This document shows positions 1 through 13,392 of a stretch of 64,000 nt of DNA, one piece after another. Where the stretch lies: positions 50,530,001 through 50,594,000 of the forward strand of contig NC_043005.1 in the NCBI RefSeq assembly GCF_006345805.1, given 5' to 3'. The notes below the pieces were generated by a model. That model was not told the origin of the DNA, did not search any database, and was given only the letters and a program-made list of their open reading frames with translations. The translations under genes were made by a program, and so were the position numbers. The DNA is from Octopus sinensis. Its lineage: Eukaryota. Numbering within the stretch: position 1 is the first letter of the stretch; each line of letters starts with the position of its first letter.

Positions 1-70
1 TTATTTTATCGTCCTCGGAGGGATGAGAGTCAAAGATGACCTCAGTCGACTTTGAACTCAGGACGTAAAG
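1..70 (-). mobile_element. SINE group A, partial copy
   Basis: Reverse complement matches the recurrent TGAGTTCAAA...GAGGTC..CTTTG.CT.TCATCC...CGATAAAATAA segment seen in many copies in this window. Confidence 0.7.
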
Positions 71-833
71 CAACCATAACTAAAACATTTATAGAGACAT
101 TTTGTCCCCCAATTTTGTTAATTAAATGTCAAGAAATTAATAATGACAATGATGATGATGATGATGATATTCATTAATATATGAATTACGGGGAAAAAAT
201 TGGTCGGTTAGCCACAGTATAAGAATGCTATTAAAAAAACCGATTGGGGATTTACATCTGGTAATAAAGAGTGAGATAATAACAAAAACCAACAATAAAT
301 AATGCTGAACATCGGAATACTGTAAAAATGTCAGTATCAGAAGTAACACAAATATGTACACCACACCAACACACACACACACACACACACACAATATAAC
401 ACATACTAACATATACACATATACATGCATGCAAATAAAAATGTGTGAATATATATATATATATATACACATACATATCTGTGTGTGTGTGTGTGTATGC
501 GTTTGTATGCGTTTGTGTGGTGGTTGGGTATCGTAATAAATATCTGCACATAAATATGATATATTATGAATTAAATGGGGAATAAAAAATTCTGTAGATT
601 TTGTATTTATATGTAGGTCTCTATTGTATTTTATCCACACCCTCCACATCATATGCACTTAAGTACAAACGCAGATGTGCATACACATATACATGTATAT
701 GTGTATATGAAGACGTGTGTCCGTGTGTTTTTAAGTTTACCTTCACAAATATAATATATATATATATAAATTTTAACAGAAGGAGATAAAAATCCAAGGC
801 TGTGAAAGATTTCAGAACATTTATAAATAGAAG

Positions 834-881
834 GTCTTACAGCTGTTTCCGGGGATATTTTATATATCCTTCATCGGAGAC
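834..881 (-). ncRNA. Degenerate type I hammerhead ribozyme
   Basis: Minus strand reads GTCT-CCGATGA-AGGATAT ATAAA ATATCC CCG-GAAAC-AGCT-GTA-AGAC. Stem I is 4 bp, stem II is GGATAT/ATATCC, the stem III loop AGCT is palindromic, and the cleavage triplet is GUA. The core carries U4C. Confidence 0.65.
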
Positions 882-965
882 GGTGTGAGAACATGGTTAA
901 GCAATAGTTATTCTAGATAAGATATGAAATAGAGAGTGAAGTGGAGGAATGAAAATAAACGTGAG

Positions 966-1246
966 ATATGCAGGGATATCCAGGGATATTGTATCTGCAG
1001 TTCCATTATTTAGGCAGAATGGTACACATATAAGATTCCTGTACCCTGTGAGTAAGGTCTATTAGTATTTAAAATTGGTCATTCCAAGCATAGAGTTTGT
1101 AAACGGTGTTATTGAATCGAGGGGGTTTTTGGGGCTTGGAATGACCAATTTTAAATACTATTGAACTTACTCACAAGGTACAGGAATCTTATATGCGTAC
1201 CATTCTACCTAAATAATGGAACTGCAGATAAAATATCTCTGCATAT
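966..1246. repeat. Inverted repeat, arms 966-1089 and 1134-1246
   Basis: Arms are reverse complements at roughly 90% identity by eye, with a 44-bp spacer. Confidence 0.9.
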
Positions 1247-1669
1247 TTTGAAATCAGCTCACAAGATAACATTTCCGGGTCTCCAGGCATTAGCCGATTC
1301 CAGATGGGGAACCACTAGTTTAGTTTATATCTAACATGTTTCTACCCACAAGAGAATTGATTACCAGTAATATACATGGGCAGAGATAATTTTTGATTAA
1401 ACATTAGCGCGTTAGTCTAGTACTTCCCTTGTTTTTGCTAGCAGATTTATAATGTTACACATTTAAATCTTCACAGAAAACGAAAGCAAAATATAAAAGA
1501 AAACTAACACAAAATATTCCATTGAATTTCCGTAATGAGCAAGAGACGTAACAAATATATAATTATACTATGATGTTATATATAGTTATATTTATGATAT
1601 TATGATACAAATATACGAGAAAAATGGCGTTGATAATTATCCATAATGTTATACATACACACAAACACA

Positions 1670-1711
<42 letters not shown>

Positions 1712-1748
1712 GGCGTGTGCACAGATATTTTGTATTCTGATATACACT

Positions 1749-1788
<40 letters not shown>

Positions 1789-1983
1789 CGTGTGTGTGTA
1801 TGTGTGTGTGTAGGAAAAATATACATCTATGTACCATTAGAAAAACGTTAAACGAAGTGTTATATATTAATGTTGTAATGTAAAAATATAGTAATGGTTT
1901 TAAATATAAGAAATATACGTGCCTGCTTATATATATATATATGCATATGTAAATACATACATGCATACATACATACATACATG

Positions 1984-2027
<44 letters not shown>

Positions 2028-2467
2028 ATTATAAATTAAGATAGTTAAGATTATAAATTATGTATATAATGTCAGAAATATGATAATATGTTAGAAATAT
2101 ATTTTTGTTTATTGCTTTAGATAAGAATTCCTAATATCATTTATATAAATATATAATCGTGATTCAAAAACAAAAATGTGTCATGAAACTGTTTGGAATC
2201 GATTTTTAAAGCAATACCGAGACATTGATTGACTTTATGTAATAAGACAAGAGCCAGTGAATGTAGTGGACTATATTCAATCAATCAAAATGTTCACAGT
2301 CGAATTTATTGGTATAAATCCAACGGCGTATAAAGAGAATGGAGTGTATAATGGGAAATAGCTGAGTTTCACAATTGCAACATAGACGGTGCATTAAGGA
2401 GAAAAACTGTAGCTTCAAAGAATAAATTTTATATTTTGATGTTCATTACTTTTATTTTCAGGTTTGT

Positions 2468-2835
2468 TTGAGTGGTAAAAAGTTTGGTTCCTAATCATAT
2501 GGTTTAGGGTTCAGTCTTGCTGTGTGGTACCTTGGGCAAGTGTCTTCTACTATTGCCCCGGGCGAACAAAGCTTTGTGAGTGGGTTTGGTTTGCGGAAAC
2601 TGAGAGAAGCTCGTTGTGCGTGCATGCGTGCATATGTGTATTTACTATACCACCGCTTGACAATTGGTGTTGGTTTGATTACATCTCTGTAATCTAGGAT
2701 TTCGGCAAGAAGCAACCGATAGAATAATTACCAGACATATAAACCATAAGTACCGGGGTCGATTTGTTCGCCTAAACCCCTTCAATGCTGTGTTCTGTTA
2801 TGGCTGCAGTTCCATGAGTGAAACAAGTAAAAGAA
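2468..2835 (+). mobile_element. SINE group B (tRNA-derived head, internal microsatellite), diverged
   Basis: GGTTCAGTC...GGCACCTTGGGCAAGTGTCTTCTAC head and GAAACAAGTAAAAG tail, as in the other copies. Confidence 0.85.
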
Positions 2836-3719
2836 GAAAGGTAAGAGAAAAATTAGAATCAGAACCCATGTAATTATCTTCCATTATCCTCAATATACGA
2901 AATAAAACTCAAGTAAGAAACCTTCTAACGTAGTGGTTAACAAAGAAGGCGGTACTACTCCCCTGGGTGCGGTGGAAAGATCCTGGTGAGGGTTAAAGTA
3001 AAGCGATAATGGGGTGACTAAAAACAACAAAATATTGGGTTAATTTGGTTAAGTTTTATTTGTGAAATATTTTGTTTTGAATTGGCTGCAGAAAATGGTC
3101 TGTTTATGATGGTGAATTCGAGTGGGTGGGGAGTTAGGAATATGATCTGGGTGCCAAATTCAGATAATAATAGTGTTAACAGTTTAGTTCACTATATATT
3201 TCTTTACGAGGTATTGTGTTGCTACAGAGAACATCAAACAACCAGCGTTTGGTGAAATAGCCTGTGCAAAAATATAGAGACTAATAATCGTTAACGGTAA
3301 ACCCAACCTAATAAACAGTTGCACACCATTGCACACCAACAACAGCAGTATTAACCAGGATGGAGGACCCTAACTGAGACGCAAATAAATAGTGTCCCCG
3401 TCAACGGAGTTGATAGATCCAGTCTCACTATTTCCGGCAGCTTTCGATGTTTTGCTGGTTCAAGTGTACCACGTCTGGGGAGCGATGACATGATCCATCG
3501 AGAGTCCTTTAGTGCTGTACAGTCGTACTCGGTTACAAATATCAGCCAAGTTGAAATAAATAAGAATCTTGGCGAATGTAACAAGCAGTGAGGCTAAACT
3601 TAAAGGTTAAAGTCCCCCTTTGGTCATGAATGACCATGGGATTGCTCCTACAAAATTTCCCTCCGAAGCATATATATATATATATATATATTATTTATGT
3701 GCCCTTTTCAAGCATAACC

Positions 3720-3988
3720 AGGATCACAGACCCGGTTTCCCGGTTTCTGTGGCGTATGTGTTCCCCTAGATGGACGGGACGCCAGTCCATCGCAGCGTTA
3801 CTCAAGAAACAGGAAGAGAGAAAGTTGGGGCGAAAGAGTACAACAGGGGTACCACCACTCCCTGCAGGAGCCTCGTGGAGCTTTTAGGTGTTTTCGATCA
3901 ATAAACACACACAACGCCCGGTCTGGGAATCGAAACGGCGATCCTCTGACCGCGAGTTCGCTGCCCTAAACACTGGGCCATTGCGCCT
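3720..3988 (-). mobile_element. tRNA-derived SINE group C
   Basis: Reverse complement starts GGCGCAATGGCCCAGTG (A box) and has GTTTCGATTCCC (B box); homologous to 5182-5375. Confidence 0.85.
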
Positions 3989-4421
3989 CGCACACACACT
4001 CACACACACACACACACATACACACACACACACATATAAAAATATATACTTACATGCATGCATGCATACATACATACATACATACATACATACATACATA
4101 CATACATACATACATACATACATGCATACAGACATACATGTTTGAATGTATACAAATATTCAGGCTACCTCCTCTCGAAGTATCATATAAAAGGAATTAC
4201 TAGAAATTTAAAAGATTCAAGTAGAAACCTGTTAGGGACAGAAAGCAAACACTTATGATTTATGAAAAATTCAATAAATGGAAAGGTAAATATTTTTACA
4301 AACCTAGTTTATTATAGAAAATTAAAATTAAACGTCCTCCTAAAAGAAGCAAGTGCCTGCTAGAAATTTTTAAATACATTAAGAATGAATTTATAGCTAA
4401 AATTTATTATTATTATTATTA

Positions 4422-4485
<64 letters not shown>

Positions 4486-4701
4486 CATTATTATTATTAT
4501 CATTATTCATTAGACACTTATTTTTATCACGTGCTTTTACTGCACTACCGAGCGTAGCCTTGGGTATGCGCTATGGTTTGTTGTGATGCACTCATTTTTA
4601 CTGTATTGAAAGTGTTTTACGTAGGATGTGTGCGGTGCCTAGCAGTGCTGTTTTTGTATGTTATATATATACTTGTTAGTCATGGTGTTTTTGTTTTATT
4701 A

Positions 4702-4755
<54 letters not shown>

Positions 4756-5181
4756 CATCATCATCATTACTATTATTATTATTATTATTATTATTATTAT
4801 CATTATTATTATTATTACTATTATTGTTGTTTGTTGTTGTTGTTGTTGTTATCATTATCATTATTATTGTTATTTGAGGTCGTTTGAAATATAATCATGC
4901 AACTGTAAAGGTATACACACATTCAGTCATATGTGTGTGTGTGTCTTTGTGTGTGTGTGTGTGCATGTGTATGTAAGTGCGTGTGTACGTGTGTTTGTGA
5001 GTATGTTAATATATGAATACTAGCGCAGGTAACATATACACCCACGTATACATCTACGTGTGTGTGTGTGTTTGCGTGTGTGTGTCTATAAACACGCGCA
5101 TATTTGTAAAGATGCTTAGTTATTGCACATAGCATAAACCTCTCACGAGCACATTTAACATATGGATTTATATATATGTAT

Positions 5182-5375
5182 AGGCGCAATGGCCTAGTGG
5201 TTAGGGCAGCGGACTCGCGGTCGCAGGATCGCGGTTTCGATTCTCAGACTGGGCGTTGTGTGTGTTTATTGAGCGAAAACACCTAAAAGCTCTACGAGGC
5301 TCCGGCAGGGGGTGGTGATCCCTGCTGTACTCTTTCACCACAATGGCGTGCCCCAGCATGGCCAAGCTCAAGAGC
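5182..5375 (+). mobile_element. tRNA-derived SINE group C
   Basis: GGCGCAATGGCCTAGTGG A box and GGTTTCGATTC B box followed by a non-tRNA body. Confidence 0.85.
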
Positions 5376-5430
5376 TGAAACTGGAAAAACAAAACAAAAA
5401 AACAAAACAATATATATATTATATATATAT

Positions 5431-5472
<42 letters not shown>

Positions 5473-5474
5473 AC

Positions 5475-5535
<61 letters not shown>

Positions 5536-5621
5536 CAAACATACATACATACATACATACATACATACATACATACATACATACATACATAAATACATAC
5601 ATGTACACGCACAGATATGTA

Positions 5622-6486
5622 GGAGGTCTGATCAATAAGTAAACGGACTGTTGCCATAGTAACAAATCTAAAGTACGCAGTGTAAATTGCTTGCCATGTA
5701 ATGACCGTGAAATCTGTTGCGCATGTGCATTAAGTTTTAACGTTCTAGCTCACTTCCGCCGTTTACAGTAGTGCTTGGAAGGAAGGTGTGTAGCGTGTAA
5801 TCTTCGCATTCGCCATGACAGAGAAAGTTGTCATGGCGATACCTGCTCAGGGGCCTACACAGAGTTACAGAAAGTGTATGGAGAGGAGTGTACGAGCTGC
5901 ACACAAGTGTACGAGTGGTTCAGACGTTTCCAAGATGGCCGAGAATTTGTTGATATTGACGAACGTTCTGGGAGATCTGCAGCCAGCAAAACTGAGAAAA
6001 CATCGCAGATGTGCGTGAGGGGAAATCGTCGAATCACCATTTGTGAGTTACCAGGGGATGTGCAGATTAGTTACAGTTCAGTTGAGTCCATTATCACTGA
6101 AGATTTAGGAATGAGACGTGTCTGCCAAGTTTGTGCCAGAACTGCTTTCAGCTGACCGAAAGGGCACAAGGTCTCCTTGATTGTGTCGAGAATGATGAAA
6201 ATTTTTGAAAACTTTGCGTAAGCCACTCAACAGGTATCGCCAAGCTTTTGGGAAAATCTGATGCAGATTCTCTGATCAACTTTCTCTGTTTTGGTCAATG
6301 CAACGATCACACGTTCCACACTTTCTTTCCAAGCACAATTGTAAACAGCGGCTGTGAGCTAGAATGTTAAAACTTTGTGCACATACATTGCAACGCCCAA
6401 GGCCAATGTGTGCCAAACGGCTTTACTCTGCATGCTTTAGCGTCGTTAATATGGCAACATTCCGGATACTTATTGATCAGACCACG
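5622..6486 (+). mobile_element. Tc1/mariner transposon, internally deleted
   Basis: ~40-bp TIRs (GGTCTGATCAATAAGTA..CGGA.TGTTGCCATA) flanked by TA. ORF 5775-6155 (QKVYGEEC...VYEWFRRFQDGRE...DERSGR...RRITI.EL...ISYSSV.SI.TEDLGMRRV) is a mariner N-terminal HTH; no DDD domain is present. Confidence 0.93.
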
Positions 6487-6696
6487 TATATATATGCATA
6501 CATGCATACGTACGAATGTATACATGCAAATGCATACATAAATTCATTCCAGGGTCTTTGTTGGTCAATGCTGAGAATGTAAATGCAATTTACTTATTGC
6601 AGAATATCAGTCGTTTCCTTATACATGCATGTTGTTCCCTTCCACGTCTGTGTCTGTGTATATGTATACACACACTCACACACACACACACACCAC

Positions 6697-6730
<34 letters not shown>

Positions 6731-6735
<5 letters not shown>

Positions 6736-7755
6736 AAAACTGAAATGTGTGTGTGTGTGTGTGTTCCCTAAAACTTGAGAACTACACACCAATTTTCATT
6801 CAAATTTTACACATGCCTTACTAGGGTCCATGTAGTTTCATGGGCAAAAAAAATGTTCAACTTCTTGCCTAGAGCGAGCCCATAGCAATATCATATCTTC
6901 TCCACTATTTCAGTATTACGTGTTAAAAGTGAAACAAAAACATTTCTCTATTTTATGTCAGATGCTTTCACTTTAATTATAAAAATAATAATAACAATTG
7001 AATTATATGTAGTAAGTAATAATTAAAATCAAACTAAAGTATAATATAATCGTAACATAAAAAAAAGTAAAAATAGCAATTGGTATAAAATTGCATCAAT
7101 GATTTGAACTTGAATAAGTGGTTTCACATGAATGGGAATAAATTAAAAATAAAATTAGTGTGCAGAAATGGAATAGTCCAGATGAATAATAAAAAAATAA
7201 ATTAAAGAAAAGACTATTGTCTATAAAGTATACAATGTAAAGAAAAAAGATTTGAACATCTGGAGGAAAGCACCTTCGAAAAGTGTCTTGGTGCGACTAT
7301 GAAAGGTATCTAACAAGAGGCGGTAAATTCGCCACAATAGAAGCAAGGTTCGAGTCAACTGAGCGTGCAAGGGAGTACTCGACTCGAACTTGCAAAGTGG
7401 AAATATTTTATTTTTACCTTTATATCTTGGACGTAGGACGTCCCGGATAAAAATTAAAAATGCCCCCCCCCCCTCACCTCAGAAGTAGAGGTAGGCTGGA
7501 TTGTAGCCACACTTCTATACAAGAGGGAGGGCAAGATACAATTGATCGAAATTACAAGAGACGGGCTAACAATTCCAGTTTGTTATATATTTTGAGTATT
7601 GTTATCACTAGCGATATCAAGATATAACTTTGTATTTTGTATTTTATGTGTAGATGTATATATATAGATGTACATGTAATATGTACACACATATATATAT
7701 ACACATATATACATGCACTAGCACTATGACCCGGCAACGACGGGTCATAATGCTA

Positions 7756-7757
<2 letters not shown>
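6731..7757 (+). mobile_element. Non-autonomous Helitron-like element
   Basis: Starts in a (TA)n tract with TATCTAAAACTGAAATGTGTG. Ends with the hairpin TATGACCCG-N7-CGGGTCATA followed by ATGCTAGT. Confidence 0.5.
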
Positions 7758-7801
<44 letters not shown>

Positions 7802-7829
7802 CGGAATTACATTCATGTATACTTACAGA

Positions 7830-8035
7830 AATCATCCACTGAGCATTGATAAAGAGTTTGCAAATACAGTACTCAAGTACTCAAGACACACTTTCAGTTT
7901 CATACCTATTATTATTGGAGCAGCAGGATACATTGCAACCCGTCTGGTGCAAAGTATGGTTGAATTTGGGTTCAAGGAGAGAGATTGCTTCTCTTTAATT
8001 TGTACCCTACAAATGATAACGTTATCAGCTTGATC
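7830..8035 (+). mobile_element. R4/Dong LINE 3' fragment (end of the REL domain)
   Basis: FSFIPIIIGAAGYI...SMVEFGFKE....LI.TLQ aligns to FRFIPVIIGALRYV...SLEKLGFSK....LIRRLQ at 51.5 kb; followed by (TACA)n. Confidence 0.75.
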
Positions 8036-8376
8036 TTCTTCTTAAGATTTAGAGAATGATAAAAAAAAAGTTTTCCTTCACTACCCTGTTACCATATATA
8101 CAAACATACATACATAGATGCATACATAATATGTACATACGTAGGTAGGTAGGAAGGTAGATACATCAATACGTACATACATACATACATACATACATAC
8201 ATACATACATACATACATACGTATGTATATACATACATACGTACGTGCCACCCAATTTTCTGCTTTATTTTTTCATCAGAAAATCATTATTCTTGTTGTA
8301 TAATGTAAGAGCAATGTTAGCAGCCAATCTGGCAAAAGTTCTTCTTTTTGTTGCCGTTGTCGTCGTCGTCGTCGTT

Positions 8377-8409
<33 letters not shown>

Positions 8410-9024
8410 CTTCTTCTTCTTCTTCTTCTTCTCTTCTTCTTCTTCTTCTTCTTCTTCTTCTTCTTCCATCTCTACCACTACCGCCAGCACCGCCATCACT
8501 ACCGTCGCCGAGATCTCTCTCCATGTTTTTAATTATTGCTTTGATGTTTATCGTTTGTCTTTAGAGGAATTTTTTTTTCTTTCTTTTACAGTTTCACAGA
8601 CATCAAAGATAGCCATCGATTATGAAAGCCAATGCGCTAACAATAGGAAACTGTTACTTCTATTTTCCATCGTTTCCCTTCGTTTTCCTTTTCACCGTGT
8701 CACTATCTCTGTCTCTCACATTGTCTGCCTGTCTCTCTTACTGTTTCCCTCTCGTTCACTCTCTCTCTCTCTCACACACGCATACACACTCTCTGTCTCT
8801 CTTTGTCTTTGTTTTTATCTCTCACTCTGTGTCTCTGCCTGTCTGTCTGTCTGTCTTCTTCTCTCTGTCTTGTTTCTGGCTTTCCGGCTATCTAAAGACA
8901 TCCCCTCTTATAATTCCTTCTCACGTTATCCTCATTATCCTGCCTTTCATCCTTCTTATCCAATTTTCTCTGCTTTATATACGTGTGTGTATATTTGTAT
9001 GCGCGTGGCGCGTGTATACACATA

Positions 9025-9072
<48 letters not shown>

Positions 9073-9526
9073 CACAAACATATGCTCACACATACACATA
9101 TCGATGCATGTATACATACATACATATAAGCATACAAACATACATACCTGTATACATACGTACATATATATCTATATACCCACCACACACACACACTCGC
9201 ACGCATACATATAAATAATCTTTGAAGCTCTTAGCAATTCTTGTCTACGAAACAAGTTTCAACACCCGCTTTAAGCAAAATAAAAGTTCTCCATGATTAG
9301 CCTGATATTTTCACCGTATTTGGGAAATATGTAATACACTGGTTACATTTATAATTCATAAGCAAGTACAATAGGTGTGGTATAATTTGTACTGGGATCG
9401 AATCGAAACCATGAACGAAATTGCGATTTCTGTACCATCGAGAAAAACTGCTACAAATCTCCCTCAATTCACAGTTTTTTTTTTAGAAAGGGGACACATC
9501 GGATCATGTAATCTTGAATCTATGTA

Positions 9527-9720
<194 letters not shown>

Positions 9721-9988
9721 CCTTTGCTTGGCTGCCTGATTGCCTGCCTTCCTACTTACCTATCTACAATGTTTCCTGCTGTCGGAGTTTGACCTCATCA
9801 TGTATTCTATATTCTTTAACCCATTCTTGTCTATATTTTGGTGCTTCTTTACTGTTGAAGATTCGCACCACACATCTGTTTAATTCAAACCTTCTCTATT
9901 TGTGGCGGTGATGGTGGCGTTAACCAGCTCCCAGTATTTCGATAACATCTTGATGGAAAATACTTTCGCTATTATCACGTCACAAAAT

Positions 9989-10830
9989 GGCAGTGAGGTA
10001 GCAGAATCGTACAGCGCCGGACGAATGCTTAACGACATTTCTTCTGACTTTAGGTTCTGTCGGGGTCGACTTTGCAGTTCGTCATTTCGGGATCGATAAA
10101 ATAAGTACCAGTTGTACGCTGGGGTCTATATCGACTTATTTTTCTCTCCTGAAATTGCCAGTCTTGTTCTAGAATTTGATATTATTATAACCACATCACG
10201 AACAGGCGGCGTGTGGGCAAAAACGTTAGCACGCCGGGCGAAATGCTTAGCGGTATTTCGTCTGCCGTTACGTTGCGAGTTCAAATTCCGCCGAGGTCGA
10301 CTTTGCCTTTCATCCTTTCGGGGTCGATAAATTAAGTACTAGTTACGCTCTGGGGTCAATGTAATCGACTTAATCCCTATGTCTGTCCTTGTTTGTCCAC
10401 TCTATGTTTAGCCTCTTGTGGGTAGTAAAGAAATAAGTATTGCGTCTATCTTTACATTCTGAGCTCAAATTCCACCGAGGTCGAGTTTGCCTTTCATCCT
10501 TTCGGAGTCGATAAAGAAAGAAGAAACAGTCAGGTACTGGGGTCGACTTAATCAACTAGCCCTTCCCACAAAATTTCAGGCCTTCTCCCTGTATAATAAA
10601 GGATTATTACCACACCACGAAGGCGGCGAGCTGGCAGAATCGATAGATCGCTGGACAAAAATGCTTACGGCATTTCTTCCAATTCATTATTTTCTGAGCT
10701 CAAAAATTACACTGATGTCAACTTCGCATTATTTCCTTTCAGAATCGATAAAAGAAAGTATCATTTGAGCACTGAGGTCGATTGAATCGTCTTTCCCTTT
10801 CCCCTCAGAACTGCTGATCTTGTGCCAAAA
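9989..10830 (+). mobile_element. Cluster of four same-strand SINE group A copies
   Basis: Copies at about 9989-10175, 10205-10435, 10436-10600 (partial) and 10622-10830; shared GAGTTCAAATTCC.CCGAGGTCGACTTTGCCTTTCATCCTTTCGG core. Confidence 0.9.
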
Positions 10831-11439
10831 TTACAAAGAATTCAACACACTATATTGAATCGAAGTCTAAAAAAGCACAGCAATATATAATGATGTTCAA
10901 ATAGATTGGTATTCAAACCGATTGCTATTATCTCGCGAGTATTGCTGCTTACAACTGCCGTCCGGAGTGAAACAAATAACAGATAAATTATGGAAAAAAT
11001 GACTGATTGTTGATGACATTGTGCTTTTGCAGATAATTATACCAACTTCAAGGTGCGATAACCCGTACTTTTGAAGAGTATTAAAATGTGCCCCCTCGTT
11101 TTTTCCATCACCGGAAAAAGATTATTTATGAAGTTAGGCATTTTTGCTTGCTGTTGCAGTGTTAATTGATCCCACTGATATTATTTTCTTTCTCAAAAGG
11201 TTCGATGATATGAACACTTGACATCACTTTAGTCTAAAGGTTATCATCGTCTTTTTTCATAGTTAATTGTTGCCGTTTAGAGCAAGCAGTGAAATTGTTA
11301 AAACATTTTCTTACAGCATCTAAGGACTCAAATTGCTAGCTACTAGGTCAGCTTCAAATCAAAGGTAGGAAAAAGAATAGGGACAATGAAACGTCGGCCA
11401 GAGGCAGCAGGGCAGAGCTCAATATGGTTATGGGCAAAA

Positions 11440-11473
<34 letters not shown>

Positions 11474-11868
11474 GGAGTGGCTGTGTGGTAAGTAGCTTGC
11501 TAACCAACCACATGGTTCCGGGTTCAGTCCCACTGCGTGGCATCTTGAGCACCACCAATGCCTTGTGAGTGGATTTGGTAGACGGAAACTGAAAGAAGCC
11601 TGTCGTATATATGTATATATATATATATACATGTGTGTGTGTTTGTGTGTCTGTGTTTGTCCCCCTAGCATTGCTTGACAACCGACACTGGTGTGTTTAC
11701 GTCCCCATCACTTAGCGGTTCGGCAAAAAGAGACCGATAGAATAAGTACTGGGCTTACAAAGAATAAGTCCCGGGGTCGATTTGCTCGACTAAAGGCGGT
11801 GCTCCAGCATGGCCGCAGTCAAATGACTGAAACAAGTAAAAGAATAAAAGAATAAAAGAACAAAGAAT
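11474..11868 (+). mobile_element. SINE group B, full length and near consensus
   Basis: GGAGTGGCTGTGTGGTAAG head, GGTTCAGTCC B box, internal (TA)/(TG) tract, CAGTCAAATGACTG hairpin, (AAAAGAAT)n tail. Confidence 0.95.
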
Positions 11869-12571
11869 ATAATAGCTAGAGCTGGAAAAGGAAACTGCAA
11901 GGTGCTAAATCTAGTATGAAGGAAATCAAGTTATATTGAAATTATATTGAAATAGATGCGCAGTGCCAGTTTTTGCGGTGGTAGTTGTAACTGAGCGATA
12001 AAAACTACAGTTAAAAGAAATGAGACCACCTCAAGGCTCTGTGCCTAATTCCCACAAAAGGTGATATTTCAAAAACACCAAGAGTACACTTAGGAGTCAT
12101 GACCTAGGTAGGCCCTGTTCCCTTCGAATATCGGGAACAAACGGGCCGAAATATTTGTTTGATAGTTCTTCCTCTGAAATTTCTCCTGCTCTTGGCTCAA
12201 CCCGTAGCGAATTTCCATTTATAAAAAAATAACTGTGCTGCATAAAATTCTTAGAAACTGGTCAGATATAAATGCATTTTGTAATCAATACATATTATAT
12301 CCAGCGAATGTCTTAGATTAAAACTTTTAGTTCGGGACATAAACGCGAAGACGCATTATGGACAAGAGGTTTGTCACCTAGTTTGTTGTATGGTACAAAG
12401 CCACGAGATGGTCGTCCTTCATCAAAATGTTATCACTAGTAACACAGCTAGTAACTTTATGCTGTCCTTCTTCTTCAATGTTCAACTGAACATGGATGGC
12501 GTACAGTGAGGATCTAATATTCTAACCACATCGTTCTTATTGTTTGTATAACTTTCGTATTTTATCTTTTC

Positions 12572-12992
12572 TTTGTTTCAGTCAATTGGACTGCGGCCAT
12601 GCAGGGACATCGTCTTTAAGGGTTTAGTCGTATAAATTGATCCCGGTACATATTTTTAAACCCTGATATTTATTCTGTCGTTCTCTTTATGCCGAGTCAC
12701 GAGGTTACTGGGAACGTAAACAAACAAACACCGGAATGGCAAGTCAGATGGGCGGACAAACACAAACACAAAGACACATGCACACACACATACACACACA
12801 CATACACACATGCGCACGCGAACACTTATATAGATGACGGGGTTATTTCAGTTTCCGTCGACCAAATCCACTCACAAGAATTTGGTCGACCCGATGCTAT
12901 AGCAGAAGACACTTGCTCAAGGATCCACGCAGTAGGACTGAAACCAGACCCATGTGATTGTGACACAAGCTTCCTGCCTCATAGCCAGAACT
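12572..12992 (-). mobile_element. SINE group B, diverged
   Basis: Reverse complement of the group B head and tail. Confidence 0.85.
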
Positions 12993-13261
12993 TCAATGGC
13001 ATGAGTATTCTAAATTGTTTTAAGCATCATTGGACGAGATTAGATATAGGTTTACCTGCTACTTCGAAACAGATTAAACGACCACATTCGATCAGTTTCT
13101 GATGCAAAACTTGGGGTATATAGTTTTATAGTGAACGTTTACGCACTTTCTTTGGCAATATGACAATTTACGATTCTCTCTATATATATACACACACACA
13201 TATATACATATATATACGTATATATACACATATATATATACACATATATATATGTATATGT

Positions 13262-13307
<46 letters not shown>

Positions 13308-13344
13308 TATATATATATATACACACATATATATGTATATGTAT

Positions 13345-13392
<48 letters not shown>

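Larger units (their letters stand above)
790..1460 (-). mobile_element. Penelope-like element remnant with internal inversion
   Basis: HHR at the 3' end. A frameshifted minus-strand reading CGDP.KCYLC.ELI...DSCT..SSIVFKI resembles the Cys linker and start of a PLE GIY-YIG domain. Confidence 0.45.

Noticed and set aside
5182-5260. tRNA gene (and similar heads at 3988, 59282, 11474)
   Set aside because: A and B boxes are present, but there is no complete cloverleaf and the heads run into SINE bodies.
11815-11845. SINE B tail CAGTC-AAAT-GACTG-AAAC-AA-GTA as a hammerhead half
   Set aside because: No CUGANGA or stem I upstream in any copy; more likely a LINE-recognition stem-loop.
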